From Sulfolobales archaeon (GTDB lineage Archaea > Thermoproteota > Thermoprotei_A > Sulfolobales > AG1): DNA of 64,000 nucleotides. Under the pieces are notes generated by a model, which saw only the letters and a list, made by a program, of their open reading frames with translations, did no database searches and was not told the DNA's origin. The position numbers and the translations under genes are program-made. Numbering within the stretch: the first letter of the stretch is position 1; each line of letters starts with the position of its first letter. The DNA is taken from contig JAWBYA010000002.1 of NCBI GenBank assembly GCA_038867615.1, forward strand, positions 192,001-256,000, in the 5' to 3' direction. This document shows, piece by piece, positions 9,673 through 18,440 of the stretch.

Positions 9673-10437
9673 TCATGAGGCCCGGGATCTTCTCCCTCTA
9701 GCCCCTCCCCTCCTACTAGCCTTTCTCTTCTCATCCCCCTCTTCTTCCCTCTCTATCTGTTTCCTCCTTGCAAGCCCTACTGCTATGCTTGAGTATAGGT
9801 GTAGCTTCCAAGCCTCTATCCTATCACCATGCTCCTCAAGCACCTTCTTAGCAAGATCCCTGAGCTCCAAAGCCTCTTCAAGACTGAGCTCCTCCCTATC
9901 CAGGAGCTCTCTAACCCTCCCCCACCCCTCCTCGGTTGAGAAGGAGTCTGGCGAGAGCTCTATGATCTTCCTAACCACCCCTAAAGTGAGATCCCTCCCA
10001 CCCATAGCTATAAAACCCCCGCTGGCGAGGAGCTCGGCTAGGGATGCATAGTAGCTGGATAAACTATGCCCTAGATCCTCAACCTTCTTCCCAACAGAAT
10101 TAACACTAGATCTAAGATCCTTAGCCTCGGACACAAGACCATCTATCCTTGAATCATGGATCTTGGCAATGGTTCCGAGATTAGAGAGCCTTGATTCGAG
10201 AATATTTACCCTGGATTCGAAGCCATCCAAACCCGATCTTAGATCCTCAACCCCGGATCTGAGATCATAGACATCCTTACTAATACCACCAACGCTCGCC
10301 TCAAGACCACCAACCCTGGTCTCCATACTTTCAAGCCTACCCTCAAGAGCCGAGATCCTTCGCCAGAGAAGATAGCCAAGACCTGCCGAGGAGAATATGA
10401 AGACCGCTATGATCGATACTATAGATACCAGATCCAT
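9673..10437 (-). CDS. Membrane-anchored coiled-coil protein (paREP15-like crenarchaeal repeat family)
   Basis: N-terminal TM, heptad repeats, C-terminal ELSLEEALELRDLAKK...EAWKLHLYSSI; family assignment from memory. Confidence 0.55.
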   Translation of the reverse strand: MDLVSIVSIIAVFIFSSAGLGYLLWRRISALEGRLESMETRVGGLEASVGGISKDVYDLRSGVEDLRSGLDGFESRVNILESRLSNLGTIAKIHDSRIDGLVSEAKDLRSSVNSVGKKVEDLGHSLSSYYASLAELLASGGFIAMGGRDLTLGVVRKIIELSPDSFSTEEGWGRVRELLDREELSLEEALELRDLAKKVLEEHGDRIEAWKLHLYSSIAVGLARRKQIEREEEGDEKRKASRRGGARGRRSRAS

Positions 10438-10730
10438 TAAACCATCATCTCAACATCACTTAAAAATCTCTATAACACACCTCAACATATATCCTTTTCG
10501 CCCAATTAAAGATCCCGGTGTAGGGAAGCATTACAAAAATATGGTAGCACTAAGAAACAAGGACTGAGGTGCTTCTTATCGATACTCATAGGAAAAATTC
10601 ATAAGCTTTGATCGATATTGTTTCTGGTGATGATTTGGTCTCCGTAGTGACTCTGGATGGCGATAGGAGCAAAGCTCTAAGCCATCCAGGGGATGATCTC
10701 CCAGTAGATAGGAGCCTCCTTCTGCTACGC

Positions 10731-11089
10731 TCAAGCGCACATAAACCTATGGGATCGATCTACTATAGAATTGAAATACCTAGCACCTAAAGCTAAGATC
10801 ATGTTGCTGAGCCTGGCTTCAAGTTCTCTGAGATCTTCTTTAGTAGCCATGATACTCCTCAAGCTGGAGAGCTCTTTTTCGAAACCCTTTTGGTAACAAT
10901 TGTATCCTTTATATCGGTGATCTCTGTTCTTAGGGCTTCTATGTCTTTCTTTGTAGCGAGCTCTCTCCATGGTGTTAGTTTTGTTATTGCTTCATATATG
11001 ATCTCTGGGTGTCTAAGGATGACTCTCTCTATCAGATCGATCCTCCTCTCCAGGATCCTCTCTATAGCCTCTTCTAGTCCCTCTACCAA
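10731..11089 (-). pseudogene. Frameshifted, truncated ATKED-repeat coiled-coil protein (DUF3782/PD-(D/E)XK-associated type)
   Basis: LATKKDI...IVTK in one frame continues as GFEKEL...MATKEDL...LALGAR in the -1 frame near 10890; no nuclease domain follows. Confidence 0.65.
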
Positions 11090-11110
11090 TACCCCTCCAC
11101 AATATCTATA

Positions 11111-12513
11111 TCACGGAGGATTATATCTAGGACTGATCTTTATAACATCTATGGTAACAGGCACCGTTTGTCCCTGGATATTCGTTGATATTGTTTGATG
11201 TTCTTTTATATCCAGGGACTTCAACCTCGCCCACAGGGATCTAGGTATCCCTGTGAGGTCATGGGCTGCCGTCGAGCCAAACGGCACGTGGCTCCCATCT
11301 AGGATTAGCCCTGGGTGGCTTGGAGCGCTGCTCCCATCACCACCCAGGGCTTTGAGTAACAGGTTATAGCATGCGGCGACATCTCTATGCCACTTCTCCT
11401 TGCCAGCAGAGCATACACCTATTCTTGAGCCATTATATTTTATTTCTGATCTATGTATTGGGCATTGTTTCGATGTATTCCTAGGATTAATATAGATTAC
11501 TGGTACACCATGCTCTTTAGCCTTCTCCTCAATGGCTCTCTGGATGCCTTTGAATGCTGCTTGGAAGATCCTGTGTCTTAATTGCTCATCTTTGATCCTA
11601 GAGATCATGTTCTCAGCGGGCTTATCGCCGAGATCCTCGAGGACAACTCCATATCCTTGTTTTAATACCTCTCTAACTATTATGTTCGCTATCTTCCACC
11701 TAGTATCCTCTTTCCTCTCTTCCTCCCTAAGCTTCCTCAAGATCTTCCTCTTAGCATGGCATTTAACATTGCAGATCTTATCGTATTTCTTCTGAATCCT
11801 CTTCCTCCTATAATAATAGCCGAGAGTGATTCTCTCGATATTTGTTTCTAGTAGATATGCTTTTCCGTCTAAAAGCACTGCTACGTTGTTCTCATTAACA
11901 TCCACAGCTATATAGTCATTAGGCTTGTATAGCCTAACATTCTTTCTAAAAATGAGATATATGATCAATCTTTTTTCTTTTCTATCAAGCTTTATCTTTG
12001 CCTCGGATGCTAGCTTCCAGCCAGAGTTGATATACCTATAGAACTGCTTGTGAGGAACTAGATCTACCTTGATCAATCCTCTATGCGTTGATATAGCTAT
12101 CCTTGTTAAGCCCTCAAGCCTCCATAGGTGGTCGTCAAGCCATATCGAGATCCTCCTAACACTTGGATACTCCTTATTCGTTGATCCCTCCTTCTTCAAT
12201 TTTAGAAAACTCTTAACCTTGTAGATGCATCCTGACAAGCCGTGTGAACATAGTGCGATGGTAAATGTGGGTAGAGGTTACGCATCTCCCTATATTTTAA
12301 AGCCCTAAGCTTTATGAAAGATGTTATCCCCTCCCTAGCAGAATATATCACTAGCTGTTCAACCATATTCCTATACATACCCTCAAGCTCAATGAAAATC
12401 CTGAATAGCTTTTTAGAAATCCTCTCAGACCTAACAATAACAGTCCTCGTAACAATCGAAGCATCCTCATCATTAGCAGCAAGCGCTAGAGGTGCTTGTG
12501 GGAAGCAGCCCAC
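11111..12513 (-). pseudogene. tnpB: TnpB RNA-guided nuclease split by a 1-nt frameshift near 12218
   Basis: ACQDASTR (12202..12513 ORF) joins VKSFLKLKK (11111..12238 ORF); RuvC residues IAVDVN, VVLEDL and HRDVAA and the CPIH Zn-ribbon are present. Confidence 0.9.
11164..11340 (-). ncRNA. Putative TnpB omega/reRNA scaffold
   Basis: Four stems: GGAGC/GCTCC (11322-11334), TGCCGT/ACGGCA (11267-11286), CACAGGGAT/ATCCCTGTG (11232-11255), GTCCCTGGATAT/ATATCCAGGGAC (11170-11219). Confidence 0.7.
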
Positions 12514-12550
12514 CAGGATATGTTTGGTGAGGACCTTATAAACTTTTCCC
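11164..12550 (-). mobile_element. Non-autonomous IS200/IS605-superfamily element (solo tnpB, IS1341-like); left end approximate
   Basis: tnpB with BRE/TATA GAAAAGTTTATAAG (12535-12548), hairpins at both ends, no tnpA nearby. Confidence 0.8.
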
Positions 12551-12799
12551 TATAGCATCGATAGAGAAACAGCCCATTAGATATACTGCCTCTAATACCC
12601 ACAAAAATTTCAAAAACCTATCAATTACCCCTATGGATATCAAAAAGAAACAGCCTACAGGTATTGTGGAAAGTATATTAGGGGTTTGTGCACACCGAAA
12701 TATGGGGTGTGTTTACCAGCTTTGGGTGATAGAAGAGGTAGCAGCGCCGACAAAGCCTACGAGGTCAGATCGCCTCTGAGCAAGAGTTATAAGGGTTTG

Positions 12800-14221
12800 A
12801 TGATAGCCTCGAGGATCAGGATAACTCTACTTGACGCTAACAACGTATTAAACAGGCTAGCAGACCATGCCGGCTCCATACTGGCTGAGAGTGAGGCTAG
12901 CGATGAGGGGGTAAGGATCTTCAGAGCATCTCTAGACACTCCAAGGCTTGAGGATATAGATCTTGAGGCGGCCTCTGCATACGCGCTGGCTAGGTTTCTA
13001 TCAACAGTAGCCCCGCTAGCCATAAGGGAGGTTGATGAAGAAGGCTTCGGTGTCGCCCTAGCCTTTGTAGATGCTTCTGAGGAAGAGCCCAGGATAATAG
13101 CCCTCGGCATTGGTTCTAATAAATGCCAGCACGACTGCTCCAGAATAATTGTTAGAAGCGTTATCGCTGTGATAACCCAGAAGAGCTTTGAGAATAAGGA
13201 TGAGAAGAGGAGAATACTGATCGAGAGTGTCAATAAGGTTCACAAGATACTCAACACAAGCACTGTGATTAACTTCCTAGACGGGCTTGGATACCAGAGC
13301 TACGAGATAGTTAGAATGCCCATAGCGATCTATATAGTCACAAGCGAGAGGGGCGAGAGTGAGGGAGCCGAGGTTGTTATCAGGGAGGGTATGGAGACCT
13401 TCGTTGTAAAGCTACCAACAAGATCTCCTGAGTGGAGCCTATCAATGTTCCCCAAGAACCTAGTCTCAGATCTAGAGACAATGATTATAAAGCCCATAAA
13501 GATGGGCTATAGCTTCGCACCCAAGGGCGTGATACTCATGGGACCCCCGGGCGTTGGTAAGAGCGTTCTAGCCGAGGCCATAGCCCAGTCCCTTGGAAAG
13601 AAGGTGGTAGATCTAAAGCCATCGGTCTATAGATCTATGTGGTACGGTATGACAGAAAAGATCCTCGACAGGATCTTGAGGAGCATAATGAAGAGAACAG
13701 ACATAACCCTGGTTATAGACGATGCAGAGTTCCTCCTAAGCAGAACAATGGCTGTGCATGAAGTCCATATAAGCGAGATCTCACAGATCCTTAACTTCCT
13801 CCAGAGAAGCACAAGACCACTAACAATACTAACATCAAACACACCAACACTCATAGACCCAGCAATACTGAGACCCGGGAGAATAGATGTCGCAGTAGTC
13901 ATAGGCTATCCAGACAGAGAGGCTAGGAAAACAATAGTGGAGAACCTATTGAAGAAATACAACGCACCAAGAGACGAGAAGATCGTGGAGGAGATAGTGA
14001 GGGCAACAAGATGGATGAGCAACGCCGAGATAGACGCCCTCATAAGAATGGCTCTATCCAAAGGAGAGGGCAAGATAACACAGGAGACTATAGACTGGGC
14101 TAGAAAGAGATTCAGAATAGACCATAACGTCAGAGCCTCGGAACACCAGTTCCTAAGATGGAGCATATCTCATATGCCAGGCCTGGTAATATCCTACATA
14201 CCCCAGGACCACGAGATCTAG
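12800..14221 (+). CDS. AAA+ ATPase with unknown N-terminal domain (start uncertain)
   Basis: Walker A GPPGVGKS, Walker B LVIDDAE, SRH DPAILRPGRID. Confidence 0.9.
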   Translation: MIASRIRITLLDANNVLNRLADHAGSILAESEASDEGVRIFRASLDTPRLEDIDLEAASAYALARFLSTVAPLAIREVDEEGFGVALAFVDASEEEPRIIALGIGSNKCQHDCSRIIVRSVIAVITQKSFENKDEKRRILIESVNKVHKILNTSTVINFLDGLGYQSYEIVRMPIAIYIVTSERGESEGAEVVIREGMETFVVKLPTRSPEWSLSMFPKNLVSDLETMIIKPIKMGYSFAPKGVILMGPPGVGKSVLAEAIAQSLGKKVVDLKPSVYRSMWYGMTEKILDRILRSIMKRTDITLVIDDAEFLLSRTMAVHEVHISEISQILNFLQRSTRPLTILTSNTPTLIDPAILRPGRIDVAVVIGYPDREARKTIVENLLKKYNAPRDEKIVEEIVRATRWMSNAEIDALIRMALSKGEGKITQETIDWARKRFRIDHNVRASEHQFLRWSISHMPGLVISYIPQDHEI

Positions 14222-14395
14222 ATAGGAGTTCATTTGTCCAAGCTTCACTGTTGTAGGGCATATTATCTCGGCCTCTTTTAACCCGCTCTTCCCAATAAAG
14301 CAAAGATCCTGCTATGTAGACCAGTATCAGATCATCTGGGACTATATAAGTTAATGCAGAGTGTTTTTTACCCCCTCCCGTATTATTAATTATAT

Positions 14396-14462
14396 GGGGC
14401 CCGGACCCAGGGAACCCCACCCCCGATGACGTTCACACATAGGTTGCCTGGGGCTGGGCCCC
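14396..14462 (+). ncRNA. GC-rich 67-nt hairpin, candidate small RNA or leader
   Basis: GGGGCCCGG/CTGGGCCCC, CCCAGG/CCTGGG and AACC/GGTT stems in AT-rich intergenic DNA; TTTTTA about 26 nt upstream. Confidence 0.5.
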
Positions 14463-14531
14463 GCTGTGTAATGTTATTCAGCTTTGGTTTTTCATGCTTT
14501 TATTACTACGAGGTGTTTTTAAATATAGGTT

Positions 14532-15623
14532 TTGTTTTTGAACACCTGCCCCAAGAGGATGATCAACGGGCCATGTGGTGGTTATAGAGATACCGTGTGT
14601 GAGGATGAGAAGCTAACCTGTGTCTGGATCATGGCTTACTATACGGCTATTAAGAGGGGGACTGTTGATAGGATGTTCACACTCAAGCTAGACTCTGGTT
14701 TTAAGATCAATAACTACTATCCAGCGCCCAGAAGACCTCGCGGGGCTGTTGAGAAGATCCTTGGTGGGAGGGTTTTTATGGTGTATGAGTATACGCCCAA
14801 GCCTTATTCAAGCCCCCTCAATATACCCAGCGAGCTTAGTGGTATAGCCTCTATATATGATGGTGTCGATTTTGTCGATAATCCCGGGGGCTATCCTATC
14901 CCGAGCTCTCTACCATATGCATCTATGGCTAAGAATAGCTATAGGGATATGCATGTGAGCATACAGCTTACTGCTAGAAATAGGGATAGGAGCCAGATAG
15001 CCTCAGAGATCCTTGCAGCATCCCTCAGCGGGGTAGACGCTATTGTAGCAACGACAGGGGATCTCGAGGATAGTGGCAAGGGCGTCTGGGATCTAGATGC
15101 TCCGAGGATAATCTATCTAGCAAGACTCATACTAGACCTCGGTCTAGACCATATGGGCAGAAGGGTTGGCTTAGGCGGTGAGGGGATGGCAATAGCATGC
15201 TCGGTTAATATAAACGCACGCCCCCTAGAGCCAGAGATCCTCAAGCTAAGGGTTAAGAAGAGGGCTGGAGCCGAGATCGTTATAACACAGCCTGTATTTG
15301 ATTCAGAGATCCTTGGGAGGTTTAGGAGAATGACCAAGGATCTCTTGGGGGAGGAGATGCCAATGATCCTAGGGATCATACCTATAATGAGTAGAAAGAT
15401 AGCAAGCTTCTTCCAAAACAAGGTTGGGATAAAGATCCCGGAGAAGATATCTAAGATCCTCTCAAGCGAGAGGATCGATAAAGAGGAGCTTCTCAAAACA
15501 AACATAGAGGTTATAGAAAACATTGCAAGAGAAGTAGCACATAACGCCTTCTACATATCAGCCTTCGGAGACCATAAACTGGGCTACGAGATAGGACGCA
15601 CAATCAGGAAAGCACTATCTTAA
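14532..15623 (+). CDS. metF: Methylenetetrahydrofolate reductase-like flavoprotein with N-terminal Cys-rich MetV/MTHFR_C-like domain
   Basis: CPKRMINGPCGG..CE..CVW; YEYTP, QLTARNR, TTGD, GAEIVITQPVFD. Confidence 0.8.
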   Translation: MFLNTCPKRMINGPCGGYRDTVCEDEKLTCVWIMAYYTAIKRGTVDRMFTLKLDSGFKINNYYPAPRRPRGAVEKILGGRVFMVYEYTPKPYSSPLNIPSELSGIASIYDGVDFVDNPGGYPIPSSLPYASMAKNSYRDMHVSIQLTARNRDRSQIASEILAASLSGVDAIVATTGDLEDSGKGVWDLDAPRIIYLARLILDLGLDHMGRRVGLGGEGMAIACSVNINARPLEPEILKLRVKKRAGAEIVITQPVFDSEILGRFRRMTKDLLGEEMPMILGIIPIMSRKIASFFQNKVGIKIPEKISKILSSERIDKEELLKTNIEVIENIAREVAHNAFYISAFGDHKLGYEIGRTIRKALS

Positions 15624-15686
15624 TATAAAGCCTATGAGAGCTTTCCAGTTCTATGAAAACACCAAAGGGTTAATATACCAGGAGAT

Positions 15687-16181
15687 CTAGGATTGTGCTC
15701 GTTCCCCTATGTATTGATCCAGATCTTTGGTTCCGAGAACCTCTGCATGTAGGTATTTAAGCGACACGGCTTTTGAGAGGGCCTCGTCGTCTAGCTTGTA
15801 GTTACCGCTCTTTGTTTTCTTCAGCATCTCTAGAGGGACTAGTTTCCAGCCTCCCGTCGAGCCTATGATCTTTACTGCTATATATCCCTTCCCGCCAGAT
15901 CTTTTTATGAATTCCACTAGCTTTTCAACCTGCTCCTTCTCTATATATATAGGCTCCTCCTTGATCCTTGTTTTCACCTCAAACACATAGATCTTCCCCG
16001 ATCTTATTGCCACTAGGTCTGGGTAGAGGAGTCTCTTAGCCTTAGCACCACTAGCAGGTGCCCTGACCACTGCGAAACCCATTTCCCATAGCCTTAACGC
16101 TAGATCCCTCTCCTGCTGAACCCCAGCCCTACCCCTTCTAGGAGCCTTACCCACCCTCCCCTCCAAGACCCTACTCCTCAA
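15687..16181 (-). CDS. hjc: Holliday junction resolvase
   Basis: ERDL..LWEMGFAVVRAPASG, PDLVA, FEVK. Confidence 0.95.
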   Translation of the reverse strand: MRSRVLEGRVGKAPRRGRAGVQQERDLALRLWEMGFAVVRAPASGAKAKRLLYPDLVAIRSGKIYVFEVKTRIKEEPIYIEKEQVEKLVEFIKRSGGKGYIAVKIIGSTGGWKLVPLEMLKKTKSGNYKLDDEALSKAVSLKYLHAEVLGTKDLDQYIGERAQS

Positions 16182-17733
16182 TCCTTAGTTTAACGTTAAC
16201 CCCATACTGCTTCTCAATCTTCCTCTTAACCTTAACAAACTTCTTACCAATATCAACAACATTATCCCTGCTAACACTCACCCAGAGCGTATCTCCCTCG
16301 AGAGAGACGCCGGCGCCTGGCAATAGTCTCTCAACCTCGCCCAGGATCCTTGCCTCGACAGAGCCGGCATGACCCCTAGCCGAGGGTCTAAGCCTCTTCA
16401 CAGGGACTACTATTGTTTGCTCGCCGAATGTGTAGATCTCGTACTCAAGCTCCCCGCTCAGGAAATCCCTAACCTCTACCACGGGTCTAGCAAGCTCCGC
16501 CTCTCTAAGGCCTGTTGGCAGCTTCACAGTCATCCCGACCTCGTAGACCTTCTCAACATTACCCCTGTTTATATAGATCACTGTATCTACTATGCTTGGG
16601 ATCATCCCCAGATCGACTCTCCTCAAGAGCCTCTGCACAGCATCTATAGGCGATGCAGCATGGACAACACCAACCATGCCTATACCAGCTAGTCTGAGGT
16701 CTATGTATAGATTGAAATCAGGATCATCCCTCATCTCGTCAAAGAACGTATAGTCAGGCCTGCTTAGAAGCAGTATATCGTGCAGCTCCTCAGCACTAGC
16801 ATATACTTTAGAGTACTGGGAAGCCTCTCTAGGAAGCCTCATATCCCTCGGACTCTCTATAGTCTTAACAACCCTCCCCATCCTCATATAATACTCAGCA
16901 AGAGCCTGTGCAAATGTCGTCTTACCCATCCCTGGAGAACCTGCTATCAATATACCCTCAGCCCTCTCTGTAAGCCTTCTCAAGAGCTTCTCAGGGAGCC
17001 TATAATCCTCAAGCCTAGGCCTCGCTATAGGTCTCGTAACCGTGATCTCATAGCCATCCCCAAGCGGGGGTCTCACAATAACCACTCTATAGTCGCCTAG
17101 CTGAACTATCGTTGATCCTCTCCTCTCGCTCTCAACAAAACCACCATCCCTAGGACTCTGGGCCATCTCAAGAATCTCCCTAGCTATCCTCTCAACCTCC
17201 TCCCTAGTCATAGGCTCCTCCCTAAGCCTTACGAAATACCAATTCCCAGGAGACCCCTTCTTAGCCCTCGGTGGAGCCCCTTCCTTGAGATGAACAGACA
17301 TCGTATCGCCATCGAAGAACGCCTCTATAGATAATCCTGAATGCTTCTTACTAACCTCGATCACATCGACACCCATAGCCCTCGAAGCAGACGCCTGGAT
17401 CGGGTCTGCTGTTATTATCTTCCCACCAACTTCGTAGGCATATCTCCTCACAACCTGATCAACCGTCTGGTCAAACCTAGCCCTCGGGTAATCAATAATT
17501 GCGAGCTCGATAGCGCCCTGATCCGAGAGCCTTCTAAGCCTAGAGATCTCGTCAAGCCCTGCAGAAGCTATAGTACTCCCCTCCCTAGCAAGTCTGGCAA
17601 GCTCCTCAACAACCGGGATTATAACGTGGATCTTACCCCCTATCCTCCCCTCCTCGACAAGCCTGGATACGCCTTCCTCCATCAGGGCTGAGAGGTCAGC
17701 CACATAGATCTCTTCAAAAGCGGTTCTAGCCAT
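16171..17733 (-). CDS. PIN-domain ATPase PINA (PINc/VapC-ATPase-KH)
   Basis: PIN N-terminus, MSVHLKEG, GSPGMGKTT, ESPRD, FDEMR, GVVHA; overlaps hjc. Confidence 0.92.
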   Translation of the reverse strand: MARTAFEEIYVADLSALMEEGVSRLVEEGRIGGKIHVIIPVVEELARLAREGSTIASAGLDEISRLRRLSDQGAIELAIIDYPRARFDQTVDQVVRRYAYEVGGKIITADPIQASASRAMGVDVIEVSKKHSGLSIEAFFDGDTMSVHLKEGAPPRAKKGSPGNWYFVRLREEPMTREEVERIAREILEMAQSPRDGGFVESERRGSTIVQLGDYRVVIVRPPLGDGYEITVTRPIARPRLEDYRLPEKLLRRLTERAEGILIAGSPGMGKTTFAQALAEYYMRMGRVVKTIESPRDMRLPREASQYSKVYASAEELHDILLLSRPDYTFFDEMRDDPDFNLYIDLRLAGIGMVGVVHAASPIDAVQRLLRRVDLGMIPSIVDTVIYINRGNVEKVYEVGMTVKLPTGLREAELARPVVEVRDFLSGELEYEIYTFGEQTIVVPVKRLRPSARGHAGSVEARILGEVERLLPGAGVSLEGDTLWVSVSRDNVVDIGKKFVKVKRKIEKQYGVNVKLRIEE

Positions 17734-17951
17734 ACAACACCATTCTCTATAGAATCTACGTTAAATAGGTTAATAGGGATACAAACACCAATAAGAAATA
17801 TGGAATAAACAGGGATCTACGTTAGAAAGACCTTACAATAACGCCACAGATCGAGAATCTATCCTAGAAGATCTTCTAGCATGGGGCGAAAAATAATGCA
17901 ACAGCTACTCACCATAGTGTGAAAGCGATCCCGGGATCCTCGCTAATCGTT

Positions 17952-18329
17952 CTAAGAACTCGACGCCTCAACAGCCTCTTCACCAGTTTTTCCCATTAAG
18001 CCAGCGTTACCGTGGATCTCAGTACCGCTATCACTAACCCCAACGCTCTTCTCAACGAGATCCTCTAGAGAGCCTCCATCCATGAGGACCCTGAGAACCT
18101 TTCTCCCCAGGTCTGATAATGTGTATAGTTTATAGTTATTCCTACTATGCACAATGCTCACAATCCCGAGGGCTTCTAGGGTGTGGAATGCGCCGAGCAC
18201 CTCGTATCTAGGCAGCCCTGTCTTTAGGACAACATCTGAAGGGGCTAGGATATTCCCATCGAGGTGGGATAATATAGATACAAGCTTGGCTCTAGGATCC
18301 ATTTCAACACCGAATCCCTTATCAAGCAT
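17952..18329 (-). CDS. Winged-helix DNA-binding protein
   Basis: PSDVVLKTGLPRYEV...LEALGIV...YTLSDLGR. Confidence 0.75.
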   Translation of the reverse strand: MLDKGFGVEMDPRAKLVSILSHLDGNILAPSDVVLKTGLPRYEVLGAFHTLEALGIVSIVHSRNNYKLYTLSDLGRKVLRVLMDGGSLEDLVEKSVGVSDSGTEIHGNAGLMGKTGEEAVEASSS

Positions 18330-18440
18330 GGCAAGGCTTAAAAGCTATACCACTAATAAAGCGGGGCAGAAGCATCTATAAGACCTAATATGCATCCAAT
18401 AGGGTTAGGGCTTGATATGACTGGACGCCTTATCGAGATC

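Noticed and set aside
10608-10790. C/D sRNA starting GTGATGA at about 10627, or a degenerate AbrB-like ORF
   Set aside because: No terminal CTGA and a poor C' box; the AbrB core motif is missing.
14393-14462. H/ACA RNA reading of the hairpin on the minus strand (ends in ATA)
   Set aside because: No open pseudouridylation pocket or K-loop, and the G-U pair favours the + strand.
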